A stretch of DNA of 64,000 nt from the human T2T-CHM13v2.0 reference genome, Homo sapiens. Positions 42,833 through 63,457 of this stretch are shown here, piece by piece (within the stretch, counting starts at the first letter, position 1; the number at the start of each line of letters is the position of its first letter). The notes below the pieces were generated by a model. The model searched no databases, was not told where the DNA came from, and saw nothing but the letters and a program-made list of their open reading frames with translations. The stretch lies in the NCBI RefSeq assembly GCF_009914755.1, contig NC_060931.1; one strand, 5' to 3'. The position numbers were made by a program, and so were the translations under genes.

Positions 42833-43376
42833 TTCTAAAGCATGCTGGACTCCACTTAGAACTGAACTGGGCAAACAAGATTTATTCAGAGAACTTCAAT
42901 TATGTGAGACATAATTTTCTTTCTTTTTACATTTCTTTAAAAAAAAATTTTTTTTTAGGGGTTTCACCACATTGCCCAGGCTGGTCTTGAACTCCTGGAC
43001 TCAAGTGATCCACCCACTTTGGCCCTCCCAAACTGCTGGGATTACAGGTGTGAGCCACTGCACCAGGCCAATTTTCATAATAGAGCACTTTGATCTCTTA
43101 CCCTCAATTTCATGTCACATTCATTATTCTGAAGTGATGACAAATGTTGTATTATGTGCCATAGTAAGCTAAGTGTATATTGCTAATGAATTGCCATCCT
43201 GGGATGTCATAAAAGACCTTTCTGAAGAAAAAAAATTCTAAGAATCCTCTCAAGAGCTTATACAAATAGGAGAATCATAACACGAGGAAGCAAGTGATTT
43301 GGGGAGAATTTCACACATCCCCAAAAGCACCAACCATAAAGAAAAAGATTGATATATCTGATTATGTCATCATTTA

Positions 43377-43812
<436 letters not shown>

Positions 43813-44019
43813 TCAGCAGTTTTTTATAAGGTTAAATATACACATACCATAACTCCTAGGTATTTACCCAAGAGAAATAAGATATATGTTCATACAATGA
43901 CTTGTACTCAGATGTTCACAATAGTGTTATTTCTAATAGCCACAAACTAGAAACAATCTTAAGTTTCCACCAACTGGAGAATAGATAAATAAATTGTGGT
44001 ATATCCATGTACTGAAATA

Positions 44020-44420
44020 CAGTCATGCACTGCATAAAGACATTACATATATGCAACAGTGGTCCCATAAGATTATAATGGAGCTGAAAAATTCCTATTG
44101 CCTAGTATTTACAATATTATACTTTGTATCATTTATTTTAGAGTGTAGAGTGTATCATCTATTTTATAAGTAAAGTCCTTCTACTTATTTAAAAAAAAAA
44201 AAGTTAACTGTACACCAGCCTCAGGCAGGTCCTTCAGGAGGTATTTCAGAAGAAGGCATTGTTATTAAAACAGATGACAGTCCCATGGGTGTTATTGCCC
44301 CTGAAGACCACCCACTGGGACAAGATGTGGAGGTGGAAGACAGTGATACTGATGATCCTGACCCTGTGTAGGCCTAGGCTAATATGTGTGTTTGTGTCTT
44401 AGTTTTTAATAAAAAGTTTA
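44020..44420. mobile_element. Tigger3-like (TcMar) DNA transposon fragment
   Basis: TA|CAGTCATGCACTGCATAA terminal repeat; gtggtcccataagattataatggagctgaaaaattcct. Confidence 0.7.
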
Positions 44421-44424
44421 TTAA

Positions 44425-44598
<174 letters not shown>

Positions 44599-45906
44599 TA
44601 ATCTTTGTATTTTTAGTAGGGATGAGGTTTTGCCATGTTGGCCAGGCTGGTCTCGAACTCCTGGCCTAAAGTGATCTGCCCACCACGGCCTCCCAAAGTG
44701 CTGGGATTATAAGCGTGAGCACTGCGCCCAGCCACTTGATGTTGATTTTAAAAAGTTTAAAAAGAAAAAAAATAAAAATATTTAAATAGAAAAAAGCTTA
44801 TAGAATAAGAATAGAATTTTATAATATTGTAATATTATTTTACAATACTTACAATATCGTAATAATTGTATTATTACAAAAGAGTCAAAAAGGGCCAGTT
44901 GTGGTGGCTCATGCCTATAATCCCAGCATTTTGGGAGGCTGAGACAGGCAGATTGTTTGAGCCCAGGAATTTGAGACAAACCTGGGCAACATGGTGAGAC
45001 CACATCTGTACAAAAAATACAAAAATTAGCCAGGCATGGTGACACGTGCCTGTAGTCCCAGCTACTCAGGAGGTTGAGGTGGGAGGATTGATTAAGCCAA
45101 GGATGGAGAGGCTGCGTTGAGCTGTGATCACACCACTGCACTCCAACCTGGACAACAGAGTGAGACTCTGTCTCAAAAAAAAGAAAAAAAAAACTGTTAA
45201 GAACTGTTCTTTGGGAGGCCGAGGCAGGTGGATCACAAGGTCAGGATTTCCAGACCAGCCTGGCCACGATGGTGAAACCCCATCTCTACTAAAAATACAA
45301 AAATGAGCCAGGTGTGGTGGTGGGCACCTGTAATCCCAGCTATTCGGAGGCCGAGGCAGAGAATTGATTGAACTCGGCAGGCAGAGGTTGCAGGGGGCCA
45401 GGCTCATGCCTGTAATCCCAGCACTCTGGGAGGCCAAGGCAGGTGGATCACCTGAGGTCAGGAGTTTGAAACAAGCCTGACCAACATGGTGAAATCCCGT
45501 CTCTACTAAAAATGCAAAAATTAGCTGGGTGTGGTTGTGGACACCTGTAATCCCAGCTACTCAGGAGGCTGAGACAGGAGAATCACTTGAACCCGGGAGG
45601 CGGAGTTTGCGGTGAGCTGAGATCATGCCACTGCACTCCAGCCTGGGTAATAGAGCAGGACTCTGTCTCAAAAAAAAAAAAAAAAAAGAACTGTTAGGGA
45701 AATGGAAACTACCATACAATGAGACATCATTTCACACCCACCAGATTGCCAAAGATGAAAAAATATCTGACAAAATCAAGTGTTGAAAGAAAGTGCAACT
45801 TTGCTGTTGGGATTTTAAATTGAAACAATGGCTCTGGAAAACAATCTGGCATCATCTGGTGAAACTGAAGATGCACATGCCTAGGATCCAGCAATCTCAC
45901 TCCTAG

Positions 45907-46338
<432 letters not shown>

Positions 46339-46384
46339 TGATATGCAATGGACTATGAAGCCATATTCTAGTAAAAACGAATGA

Positions 46385-46759
<375 letters not shown>

Positions 46760-47740
46760 TAACATTTTATTTCTAAAGGATAAAATAATTAACATAAAAT
46801 AAAAATTCGCTGGGCTGAATTTTTAATACTTTTTTAAAAGAACAAGTTAATGACTATCTTTTCATTCCTTGTGAGTCTGAACAACCTAATATGAATAAAA
46901 TGTAAAGAATTCCATTCAAGGCCGAGCACAGTGGCTCATGCCCATAATCCCTGCACTTTGGGCAGCCTAGGTGGGTGGATCACCTGAGGTCAGGAGTTTG
47001 AGACCAACCTAGCCAACATAGTGAAACCCCATCTCCACTAAAAATACAAAAATTAGCCTGGTGTGGTGGCACACGCCTGTAGTCCCAGCTACTCGGGAGG
47101 CTGAGGCAGGAGAATCGCTTGAATCCAGGAGGCAGAGGTTGCAGTGAGCCGAGATCCCATGACAAAGCGAGACTCTTTCTCAAAAAAAAAAAAACAAAAG
47201 AAAGAAAAAAAACAGTTCCATTCAAGACTGTCTAGAGCTTCTTGGCCTTTTCCTGTAAAATCTACCTTCCAAGTTAATGATGTTATTTCTGGTTGGTGAC
47301 TGTTGGTGGCTGACTCAGAAAATTTACTTGGCCTCATCTCTAAAATGAGAAGACTGGACTTCTGCAACCCTGAAAGCTCCTAACAAGAGGTAGCCGAGAA
47401 CATTTCGCACTCATGGGGTCCTTGGAGGGCTACAGCAGCAAGCTTTGCTTTGGTAACAGAAGGCTGCTTCAGCAGGTGAGCTGTGTTTCAAAGCTCCCAG
47501 CTGCTGCCTTCCTTCATTTTAATGCTGTATGAAAATAGCTGCTAACCCATTGGTCCTGGGCCCCATAGATATCAAACATGTCCTGAGGGGACACTTGGCT
47601 CAAAAGCCAGTGACATTTTGATTCCACTCCCAGCCTGAGTCTTCCCTAAGCAACTCATAAGGTTATTGAGGAGAAAAATGCAAATATGTTCACCAATACC
47701 ATTTCATCCCCTGAGGACTGGGTTAAAAATGCTCTTAAAT

Positions 47741-47961
47741 CAAACTTGTCCAATCTGTGGCCCACGGGCCACACATGACCCAGGACAGCTTTGAATGCAC
47801 CCCAACACAAATTTGTAAACTTTCTTAAAACATTGGACTTTTTTTGCGATTTTTTTTTTAAAACTTATCAGCCATCATTACTGTTAGTGTATTTTATGTG
47901 TGGCCCAAGACAATTCTTTTTCGAATGTGGCCCAGAAAAGTCAAAAGATTGGACACCCCTG
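47741..47961. mobile_element. MER30-like hAT DNA transposon with perfect 8-bp TSD
   Basis: TSD TCTTAAAT at 47733-47740 and 47962-47969; ends ...TTGTCCAATC and GATTGGACACCCCTG. Confidence 0.85.
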
Positions 47962-48096
47962 TCTTAAATGATGGACTCTTATGATACCTTTAGGTAATAA
48001 GTCCTTGTATGTTGTGTTTTTCTTAACAAACAAAATCTCTTTTCTCGACAACATTCTTCCATAAGGCTATCAATCCAGATCTGGATTATACAGTAA

Positions 48097-48589
48097 TGAG
48101 GCAGAACAGGGAATTAGGGTAACCAAGGGTTAAGGTAGAAGCAAAAGACCAGCAGGTGCAGCCAGTTCTAGGCAAGATTAGGCAGCAGACAGGCAGCAGA
48201 CCGGCCACATCCTCACTCCTGTGATGAGACAGAAGTTTCCACTTTGGCCTCTGATTAAGCGCGGACGAATCTCTACTTTAGCCTCTGATTGGTCACGGGC
48301 CAATCCTTCATAGAGTGTAACCAATTGGAGCCCTCTAATGGGCACGTAGGGGTGTTACCAAATACTTTTAGCTTAATAAAAACCCTTGAAGACCATCATA
48401 ACGGGAAGTCTTCGGCCGCTTGCTCTAACCTGCTTCCGTTCTGTGAGTTGTACTTTTGTTCTAATAAGTCTGTGATTTCCTGACTTCGTTGTTTTGTTTA
48501 TCTTTTGTTGCTTCTTGTGTTTTGTTCAACTCTGTCCAAGACACCAAGAACTTGGACCATTCACAGTCAAGACCTTCCATCCAGTAAAA
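48097..48589 (+). mobile_element. solo ERV1-class LTR (MER51-like) with CCAAT cluster
   Basis: starts TGAGGCAG, ends CCAGTAAAA (degenerate ...AACA); 4-bp TSD GTAA at 48093-48096 and 48590-48593; CCAAT/ATTGG at 48288, 48300 and 48321. Confidence 0.8.
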
Positions 48590-48593
48590 GTAA

Positions 48594-49924
<1,331 letters not shown>

Positions 49925-50676
49925 TCAGTGGTCCCCCATCACCTACAGGGAAAATCCAAACTCTTCGGTGTGGCCTCCATGGCTGGCTGTAGTGGCGGTT
50001 GGGAAGTGCGACCTCTGTAAATACCAAGTGCCTTCGTTCATATGAGGATTTAAGTTTTGCCCTAAATCCTTCCTTACCTTGTAATGCGCCTAGAGCAAGA
50101 GGAGACAGGTGTTGCAACAAAGGCCCGGGGCCCTGTGCTGGGGATCATGCCCTGTATATGATGCACCTTGCTGTGTGTGGCAAGGCTGAAAAGGGCCTAT
50201 AGTCCCTCTTCATCTGTGCCACCCTCCCTCTCCACCCTCAAGCCCCACCACTTCCTGTCTGAACCCTGTCATCTGGCCATTTGGTTGATTCACTCTGTCT
50301 TGCACCACACATGTCCCCTTCCTGCCTCCAGTCTCGGGGCTCTCTCTGTTCTCTCCATGCTCCTCCTTTCCCGCCCGGCACAAAGTGCTTTCTCCTGTTT
50401 TCAACAAAATGCCTATTGAGTACCTGCTTTGTGCTGGAATCTCTAATCTTTTTGCACACAATTGGAACAGGTTTTTTTTTTCTTAATTTAGGTGGATCCC
50501 AGTGACTATGGCTGCATAACAAACACCCCCAACTTAGTGGTATAAACAACTGCTTTATTATGCTCACAGGTTCTGTGGGTGGAGGATTTGGACAGGGCAC
50601 AACAGGGATGGCCCATTTCTCCTCTACAATGTCTGAGGCCTCAGCTGAGAAAACTCAAAGCTGGGGGCTAGAATTA

Positions 50677-50970
<294 letters not shown>

Positions 50971-52063
50971 CTAGTCAGGCGTGGTGGTGCAGACCTGTGG
51001 TGCCAGCTCCCAGGGAGGCTGAAGTGGGAGGATGGCATGAGCCTGGGAGGTTGAGGCTGCTGCTGCACAGCCTTTCCAAATCTAGCCTTGGATGCCATGT
51101 AGTGTCACTTAAGCCATGTTTTATTGGTGGGAACACTCCTGAGTCCATTCAGGTGTAAGGAGAGGAGACATAGACCCCACCCCTCAATGGGCAAAAGTGT
51201 CAAAGAATTAGGAGTTATGCTTTTAAATGGCCACAAGGCATCATTCTACTGTGGGATACACTGTTATTTAAATCCCTTATTTTTCTACTTCAAACGTTTG
51301 TGTCTTCTTCTACATGGTAAGCCCAGTGAAGCCAAAGCCTGGGTATTCCTGGAGTACCTACCTGGTCAGTCCCTTTCTGGTACAGAAAACCCTTCGAAGC
51401 CATCTAATTCAATTCCATCATTAAATGGTGGCTCCAAGGCAACTTGCTGATTGACTGCTATTTACAGGCCATAAATACAAACTTTATTTTTTATTTATTT
51501 ATTTTTTTGGAGATGGAGTCTCTGTTGCCCAGGCTGGAGTGCCATGTTGCGATCTTGACTCACCCAGGTTCAAGTGATTCTCCTGCCTCAGCCTCTTGAG
51601 TAGTTGGGACTACAGGTGTCTGCCACCATGCCCGGCTAATTTTTGTATTTTTAGTAGAGACAGGGTTTCACCATGTTGGCCAGGCTGGTCTCGAACTCCT
51701 GACCTCAGGTGATCCACCTGCCTTGGCCTCCCGAAGTGCTGGGATTACAGGCGTTAGCCACTGTGCCTGGCCAAACTTTAGATCTTTAACTAAGATTTTC
51801 TTACCTGATTTACTGGTGCAAGTAGAATAGCTGTTCCAGTTAAAACTCCTGACACCCAAACCCGTTGCAGCTTCTGCAGAAGCAGATCTTGTAATCAAGT
51901 AGGTAGGGAACCTCGGACAAGCATGGCTCAAGAGCCCCACACTGGGCTGGGCGTGGAGGCTCATGCCTGTAATCCTGGCACTTTGGGAGGCCGAGGCGGG
52001 CAGATCACGAGGCCAGGAGTTCGAGACCAGCTTGACCAACATGGTGAAACCCCCTCTCTACTA

Positions 52064-52300
<237 letters not shown>

Positions 52301-53570
52301 CTAACAGAGAAGAGCAGAACCAGTGTGAAAACGAAGGCAAAACAATGCAGAGTTCAAGTCACATTTGTGTTCTAGCAAGGCAAAACCCTCTGCATTGGCT
52401 TTTTTTTTTTTTTTTTTGAGACGGAGTCTCGCTTTTTTGCCCAGGCCAGACTGCAGTGGCGCGATCTCGGCTCACTGCAAGCTCCATGCCAATTTCCTGC
52501 CTCAGCCTCCCGAGTAGCTGGGACTACAGGCGCCCGCCACCACGCCTGGCTAATTTTTTGTATTTTTGGTAGAGACGGGGTTTCACCGTGTTAGCCAGGA
52601 TGGTCTTGATCTCCTGACCTCCTGATCCGCCCGCCTCGGCCTCCCAAAGTGCTGGGATTACAGGCCTGAGCCACGGCGCCCGGCCTGCACTGGCTTTTTA
52701 GTCAGCTGAAAACGTATTTTCTGGAATGTTTTCCCACCGTCATTACCTGTACAGCCTAGAGCCTGAACACTTCTGGGAACACAAATTCTAGACAGAGAAA
52801 ACTTGAGGGAGTTGTTCTTGAAAGAAAACACTGGCTTAGAATTCTTCTCAATTGAGGATTTTAAAAAACAGGATGACCTTGAATTGAACTTCTTAGAATC
52901 AGTGCAGGCCACTCTGATTCGCTCCAAACTTGGAGGTCTCATTCACAGCAGTCTCTTGGTGGGGCACATTGCAAAAATGTTGTAACAGCGGTTGTTGCTA
53001 TAACATCCCCCCAGAGACTGTTTGGGTCTTAATTAGATCGTAACATATTATTTCCAAACTCTAAATAGAGAACAAATAGCTTTCCTCCACATCCTCGCCC
53101 ACTTTCATCTTTTTGATATTAGCCATTCTAACAGGATGAGGGGCCGTCCCATTGTGTGGTTGTGTTTCTTTTTCTTAATTGACATAGTGTTCTGTCATTT
53201 TTCCTCCCGATTGTTACTGTAGTTCCAATTTGCGTTTCCCTAATGGTTAGTGATGCTGAACGGTTTTGCATGAACCTGTTGGCCATTTTTATGTCCTTTG
53301 CCCATTTTAAAAATCAGGTTTTCTTGCTATTGAGTTGCATGAGTTCCTTAAAGGGTTAATATACAAAACGTTTACCAGATGTGTGGTTTGCAAATATTTT
53401 TCCTACTCTGTGGAGTATCTTTTCACTTTGTTAATTATTTTGCTGTACAAAAGCTTTTTAGTTTTACGCAACCCCATTTGCCTATTTTTGCTTTTGTTGT
53501 TTGAGCATTCAAGGTCATAGCCAAAAAAGAAGAAGAAAAAAAAATCCTTGACTAGATCAGTGTTGTAGAG

Positions 53571-54014
53571 CAAGCTTATCCAACTTGTGGCCCACAGGTC
53601 ATATGCGGCCCAGGATGGCTTTGAATGACGCTCAACACAAATACGTAAACATTCTTAAAACATTACGAGATTTTTTAGGCCAGGCATGGTGGCTCATGTA
53701 CTTGGGGAGGCCGAGGTAGGCAGATCACCTGAGGTCAGGAGTTTGAGACCAGCCTGGCCAACATGGCGAAACCCCGTGTCTCCTAAAAATACAAAAATTA
53801 GCCAGGTGTGGTGGTGCGTACCTGTAGTCCCAAATAGTTGGTAGGGGCGAGATCACGCCACTGCACTCCAGCCTGGGCAACAGAGCAAGATTCTGTCTCA
53901 AAACAAACAAAAAAATACTGAGGTTTCTTTTTTTTTTTTTCCAGCTCATCAGCTATCATTGGTATTAGTGTGTTGTATGTGTGGCCCAAGACAATTCTTC
54001 TTCCAATGTGGCCC
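53571..54014. mobile_element. second MER30-like element, interrupted by an Alu (about 53678-53915)
   Basis: aligns by eye with 47741-47961 (cccaggatggctttgaatg; tgtgtggcccaagacaattctt). Confidence 0.8.
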
Positions 54015-54226
54015 TTAAAAGAGGTCTTCAACCTCTTTTAAGATTTTTTTTCCAAGGTATAAAATAAGGGAGCTGTACTTCTGATATTGTTACCTTGTTC
54101 CTAAAAGTAGTAGCAGCTGTAAGCGCCAAATAATAACATAGCCTGACAGAAATGGAGTGTCCTGGCTGGGCGCAGTGGCTCACACCTGTAATTCCAGCAC
54201 TTTGGGAGGCCGAGGTGGGTGGATCA

Positions 54227-54571
<345 letters not shown>

Positions 54572-55503
54572 TCAGGCTTGGACCTTTTCCCAGGAAGCTA
54601 AGGCAGCCTCTTGATATTTTAATAAGGCTGAATATGGATCAGCCTGTAGTGTTCCTGAACTCATTAGCTACACTTCTCAGAATTTCTTTGCAGTTTGGAT
54701 TTGTGAAACCACCAGGCAGATAGGAGAATTGATTGGCCACAACTGTTTGGGAATGAATGTCTATTGTCAGATGCTTTCCTGAAGTGTGACCAAAAAGTTT
54801 GGAGTAGTAAAGTCCAAGGCCAAAGTTCCAGCTTGACCTGCTCTGTGAGGTGTTCCCTCACCCCCCTAGGTGGAATTAATCACTCTGACCTGCCTTCCTA
54901 GAACTTGGGGCTCCCTACTGTGGTGGAAGTGTTCCTTCAAGGGACTTGCCCCCAAACCACAAGCTCCCCAAAACGCACTGGCAGAGGAGGCAGGCTTTGT
55001 TTCTTTTGCCCAGCCCTCTAGAGTTCAGCAGCCAGAGGTTCCCCTCACCCGTTAATCACAATGCCTCAAATCTCACAATAATTCCAAAATGGAGGAACCT
55101 CATAAAACTGGGATAAGAAAATGAAAAGCAGAAGTTTTACTGGATTGTCAGCAGAGCTGATCAAAAGAAATCGGAGGCCCTTTAGAAATCAGGTTTTGGC
55201 AGAAAGAAAACAACCCAAGGTCTGGTCTTATGACATAGTGGGGAGTGAGGCCGTGTCGCACCTGTGAATCAATACTTAATATCACAGTTCAGCTCTGGGG
55301 ACAAAACACTTCACAGGCTGTGGTAGATATGGCAGTAAAAACCCATGGGCTTCTCCAGGGGTTGATACCGTCACTGTGGTATTCTCCTGGCCTGTAACAT
55401 CACCTCACAGCACCTCCAAGTTGCATCCCTTTAGGGGTTTCCATTCCCCCCAAGTCCATTGTGAAAGGGGCCCCCTGAAGTTGGCTAATTTGGGGCCCTG
55501 TAG

Positions 55504-56044
<541 letters not shown>

Positions 56045-57038
56045 TAGTCCAGCGCCTGGCACAGAATGTTCACTTGAACCTTGGTGAGGCTCCTTGGGAG
56101 GGTGAATCACAAGTCTACGCAGAGTGACCCACAACCTGCAAAGCCCACCTACCAACATCGGGGTGACAAGAGGGGACCCCAATACCAATTTCTGAGGCTG
56201 TGGGAAAAACAGTCTGGCTCTGTGACAGGGCCCAGTAATCCAAGGGGCCAATGTGAGTGTTCAGAGGCACAGCTTCAGAACAAACAACGGCTGTGAAAGC
56301 TGAGGAAACAATGCTGCAAGGGATGGGAGTCACAGCCTGCACTTTGGTTCCACAAATAGACTAGGCAAATGGTGGAGGAGCGGCCTCCTCACATGGGAAC
56401 CTCCTATGGGAGAGGCTGCAAGCAGTGCTCTGGGACGCTTGCAAACCACAGGCTCGGTGCCCTGAGAAGCCAACAGCTCATCTCATCGCAGGCCTCGGTG
56501 CCCACCCCAGGCTGCTCTCCCTGCCCTTACAAGCCCGGAAGACATGCCTGGCAAACCCACACAGAACATCTGAGTGGGACAGACAATACGAACCCCACAG
56601 CCCCAGGGGAGTTTGGGGTGCAGAGAGCTAGTACCTTACTCCTAGGTTTATAAAATACAAAGTCCCTGTTTGTCTTCTCTTGAAAAGGATTTTGTCTTCC
56701 TTCCAATGAGGATATTTACAAAGTGGGGGACAAAATAATTTTAAAAATATAAATATACAAATCCATAGTATTTATAACATTATAAGAGAGGTCATTTTAA
56801 TCCTGGCCCTTCCTTCTGCAAGGTCTCTGGAGGGCAGAACCAGTACAAAGGCAGTGGAAATCCAGGAAAAAGGATTAAGTTTACATGAGGTGGGAATATT
56901 CACCAACAGCTACAGCTGCCTGGTGGTGGAATGAGCTGTCCTATGATGATGGGAAGGGTAAGCTGAGGCTGCAGGGTGAGCAGTGATTCCAACATTTTAG
57001 TTATAATGAACTTTTGTCGTAAAATGTATGGCTCTTTA

Positions 57039-57170
<132 letters not shown>

Positions 57171-58529
57171 TTAAAAATTAGCCAGGCATGGTGGCATATG
57201 CCTGTAGTCCCAGCTGCTCAGGAGGCTGAGGCAAGAGAATTGCTTGAGCCCAGGAGTTCAAAGTTAAGTGAGCTATGATCATGTCACTGCCCTCCAGCCT
57301 GGGTGACAAAGAGATCCTGTCTCAAAAAAAAAAAAAAATCATTCAGTACATGCATGACAAAGAGCTACTTGAAACAAAGCCACACTTTTAAATTTTTATT
57401 GAATTGCAATACCATCTACACCTATTTGCTGTGAGGGACACATTTATTTGGCCCAAAGACAATGTTTGATGCACATGTGGATTTGAGGGTCCTCTGCTGT
57501 CAAAAGGGGGTTCATGGTCCACAGCTTAAGAAACACAGATGCATAATAAATTCATGCATTGAGTAAGCAGAGGTCAGAGTGATAAGCTTCCCAGTATCAA
57601 AATTATATAAACGTAGTCATTTATACACTATGTGCCAGTCCCGTAATGTGTGATGTTAAGGTCCCTATGGTCCAGTATGGGCACATCAGGAAGCTTGCGC
57701 AATCTCTCCCTAGTTTAGCCCTTGGGCCTTTGGCCCAGCCTGCTCTGTATTTCTCTGAAGCAAGATCCTGAGGTCTGTGTGGTGTCATCTCCCAAAGTAG
57801 GCCCCTACCTTCTCCCCAGCCCCTGAGGCTAGCTGCAGAGAAAGTGTTTGTGACTGCAGCTTCTCACCTTCCCATGAAGCCCCAGGACACAAATTTGGGA
57901 ACCTTTTGGCTCTGCTGCTAACACAGCAAACAGGAGGCTCCCAAATTACCACACCAGGGATGTAATTAGGGTCTGTAATAGGGAAGTCCTTGTACTAATG
58001 GACTGTAGTTAATTTATAATTCCTGACTCAGGAAGTTGCTTTTGGCTTCAATCCTCTGGCTCAGTACCCCAAAGGTAGTGATTATCAAACCACCCCCACT
58101 TCTGATTCTGCCTTTACTAAGCAACCAATGTCTGAAAACAATGTCCAAGCCCATGAGTAGATGGCAGTTTTGGGGGAAAGAGGGGCATTTTGCATTTCTG
58201 AGAACCTCTCTAATTTTCCTCAGGAAATATGACCTGTAAAAATGGATTTTGGTAATTAACATTAAGGACATGCATAGTGCTGGCAAACCTTGTCTCTGAA
58301 ATCACAGATGATGAGAAACTGTTGTTTGGAATCATTTCAGTGAGAATGGAACATCCCGGTCTTGCCTGAAGACTCCGCATGGGGGTCATTTCACATCATT
58401 CCACACAAAGACACAGCTTCAGCATCAATCCTCCCCAAGGGCCAGCACTCCACATTTATCTTAACTTTTATAGTTCTAAGGAACAAGGACCCTGAGTCTG
58501 TTTCTCAGCCCTGCTGCTAATCAGAATGT

Positions 58530-59361
<832 letters not shown>

Positions 59362-59587
59362 TCATTCCCTCATTTTACAGATGAGGAAACTGAGGCTCAG
59401 ATTAAGAACTTCAATAGTACACTGCTAATAAACAGAAGAGGTGGAATTAAATCTAAGTCTTTTCTAGTGGGGTATCATGCAGTCAAACATAAATGTTAAA
59501 GACATTTATGAACAAAGGGATGAGGGGTTTCTGAGGGGCCATCTGAGAGAGTAGGGGGAGATATCTTAATGCTTAAGGTATGTCTTA

Positions 59588-60104
<517 letters not shown>

Positions 60105-61549
60105 TTAGCTGGCCATGGTTCCACATGCCTGTAGTCCTAGCTAATTGGGAGGCTAAGGCAGGAGCACCGCTTGAGCCCAGGAGTTTGAGGATGTAGTTAG
60201 CTATGATTGTGTGACTGTACTCCAGTCTGGGTGACAAGAGTAAGACCCCATCTCTTTAAAAAATAAAAATAAAAAAGGGTATGGTGAGTTTGAAAAACAG
60301 CAAAAAGCAGATAAAGCGAAAATGATTCTAGTTGATAGAAGGGCAGCATGGAGGATGAAAAGAGTAGAAACAGACTGGAGACAGGAAAGCCAGGTAGGAG
60401 GCAGTCTCTGTAATTAGGCAAGAACTAATGAGGGTTTGGACTAAGGAAGAAACAGTGGAAATGAAGACAAGAAGCTGAACTCACAGAAACATTTTGGAGG
60501 TCACATAAGCAGGATTTTGACAACAGATTCGTTTGTTGTATGAAGATCCTGGACTGAATGAAGTCTAGGGTTTGGGAGTTTTGAAGGGATAATGACCCAT
60601 TAAATGAGCTGGCAAATACAGGTGGTAAAGCAGGTCTGGGATGTTCAGAGAAGGGTGGGAACACGGAATGGATGCCAGAAGCTGGGAGAAAAGCCAAGTT
60701 CATGCCTGTGGAAAAATGGAATTGAGGATGGGGCTAAAATTGGACAGAGGAAACTTAATCTGTAATGTTTTTCTTCTTTTCAAAAATAACTTGAAGTGGT
60801 TGTACATATCTGGTGTGATATACACAAATGCTTAATTTCTCTATTTTTAAAAAACTTCCCAAAATTAGTGCTTGGAATTATTTAAAATAATGTAGCAAAC
60901 ATTTTTGGAGTGCCTGCTATGTGTCTGGCACTGTTTCAGGCATTTGAAATATTTGCTCTCTATGAAGCCTTCCTTTCAGCAGTTAGCAGGCCTGGAGTTC
61001 AGAAGCCAGAAACTGGCTTCTGATTCTGACGCAGTCAGTAAGTGTATGACCTGGGCAAGTTGCTTCCCTGCGGCGTCCCACGCCCCCAAAACCCCCCACC
61101 CCCCCACCCGTGCCAGGAATCTATCGCAGTTCTCAAGTCCTGTGACTTAATACCGCAGCTGGCACCTCAGAATTCCTTATTCTTACAGAGCTGGTCCCCA
61201 CAGTACCGCCCCTGGGCGTAAACTCCTCCATACAGGGAGTGTAGATGATGGGCTGACCTAAGAACGGTTTCCAAATGGTCCTTTACACCTCTGCCTCCCA
61301 CCCCACTCTAGCCCAGGATAACAGATTTTCCTCGTGCAATTTCAAATTTGCAAGGGAATCTTGAATATTTTCTGGTAATGAGAGAGGGTAGATTATATGT
61401 CCTAATCCCAGCCTAATCAGATTAACAGCAACTTCTGGACATTCAGTACCAGGAACTGTTTTAGGTGCTGTGGAGAGAAGAGTTAAAAATGAAACAAAAA
61501 TTATTGCCTTCATGAGCCTCACATTAGTGGACAGAGTCCAAAAAAAAAG

Positions 61550-62335
<786 letters not shown>

Positions 62336-63278
62336 TAGGATCCTGGGAAATGGGTTTGTGGGGACTGTTGGGGCTTGAGGATTCTGAGGAGCCAGGGTCT
62401 GGGTGCGAAGGGGTGCGTAGGAAGCGCCAGTAGGAGATGGGTCCAAGTTAATATCCTCTAGTTATTGCTGACGTTTTTAGAAACTTAAGAATGGTAAACA
62501 GATCACATCTAAGAATGTAGAGTATGAGAGGGAGAGGCCTTAGTGGGCTTAGCTACTAGGTCCTTTGGAGTCGGCTTTAGAACTTGGGCGAGCTTTTAAA
62601 TTTACAGCCTGTAATACTCCAAGCTGAAGATCAGAATATCTAAATCTTTACGGGAAAAAAAATTAGATTTTCATAGGTAACAGTTGTTAATAACCCGGTG
62701 GTTTTATATGAAAACTGGAAGGTTCAAAATAATAATTACTCAAAAATGTAGCTCTTTCAGTGACTGATCTTAGGCCACAGTAATTCTCCTAGGCCTCAGT
62801 TTCTTCATCTCTCAACTGAAGGTTGTGGACCAGATACTGCCTAAGAGCCCTTCCAGCTCACAATTCTGTGACCCGTTATGACTGAGATTCAATTTAATAT
62901 GCTCCAGGATATCACCTCCTACCCATTTTGTGGTGCTGTTTTTCTTTGCACAGCATTTCTGTGATTGTGGTGTATTGCTCCTTTTAAGTATTAGTAGAAA
63001 GTCATTTGTCACTGGTGTCTGGTTCTACTTGCATATGGTTAATAGCGAAGGATGTATAGTGGCTCTGCGTAATCTGAGCACCCTGACCATAAAAGTTGAG
63101 CGGTGCTATGATACTACTGCCCAGGTTCACCTTCCAGGAGGCCTTTACCCTGCTATCTGTAAAAACACTTTGGATCTAAACACCCTCATGGAGGAACAGT
63201 CAGCTGCCGGCATCTCTGGGTGCATACACGTCTATCTGCTTGGCCATCCTGATACAAACAACTATTTGTGCATTTCAG

Positions 63279-63457
63279 ATCATACTGGTCCCAAGTTTGA
63301 CATCGATATGATGGTTTCACTTCTGAGGCAAGAAAATGCAAGAGACATTTGTGTGATCCAGGTTCCTCCAGAAATGAGATATACAGATTACTTTGTGATT
63401 GTTAGTGGAACTTCTACCCGACACTTACATGCCATGGCCTTCTACGTTGTGAAAATG
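63279..63457 (+). CDS. MALSU1: MALSU1 exon 2 (RsfS/Iojap domain; mitoribosome large-subunit assembly factor); gene continues beyond the window
   Basis: tttcag|ATCATACT...AAAATG|gtagga; 179 nt; [39 protein letters not shown] is the RsfS/Iojap signature. Confidence 0.95.
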
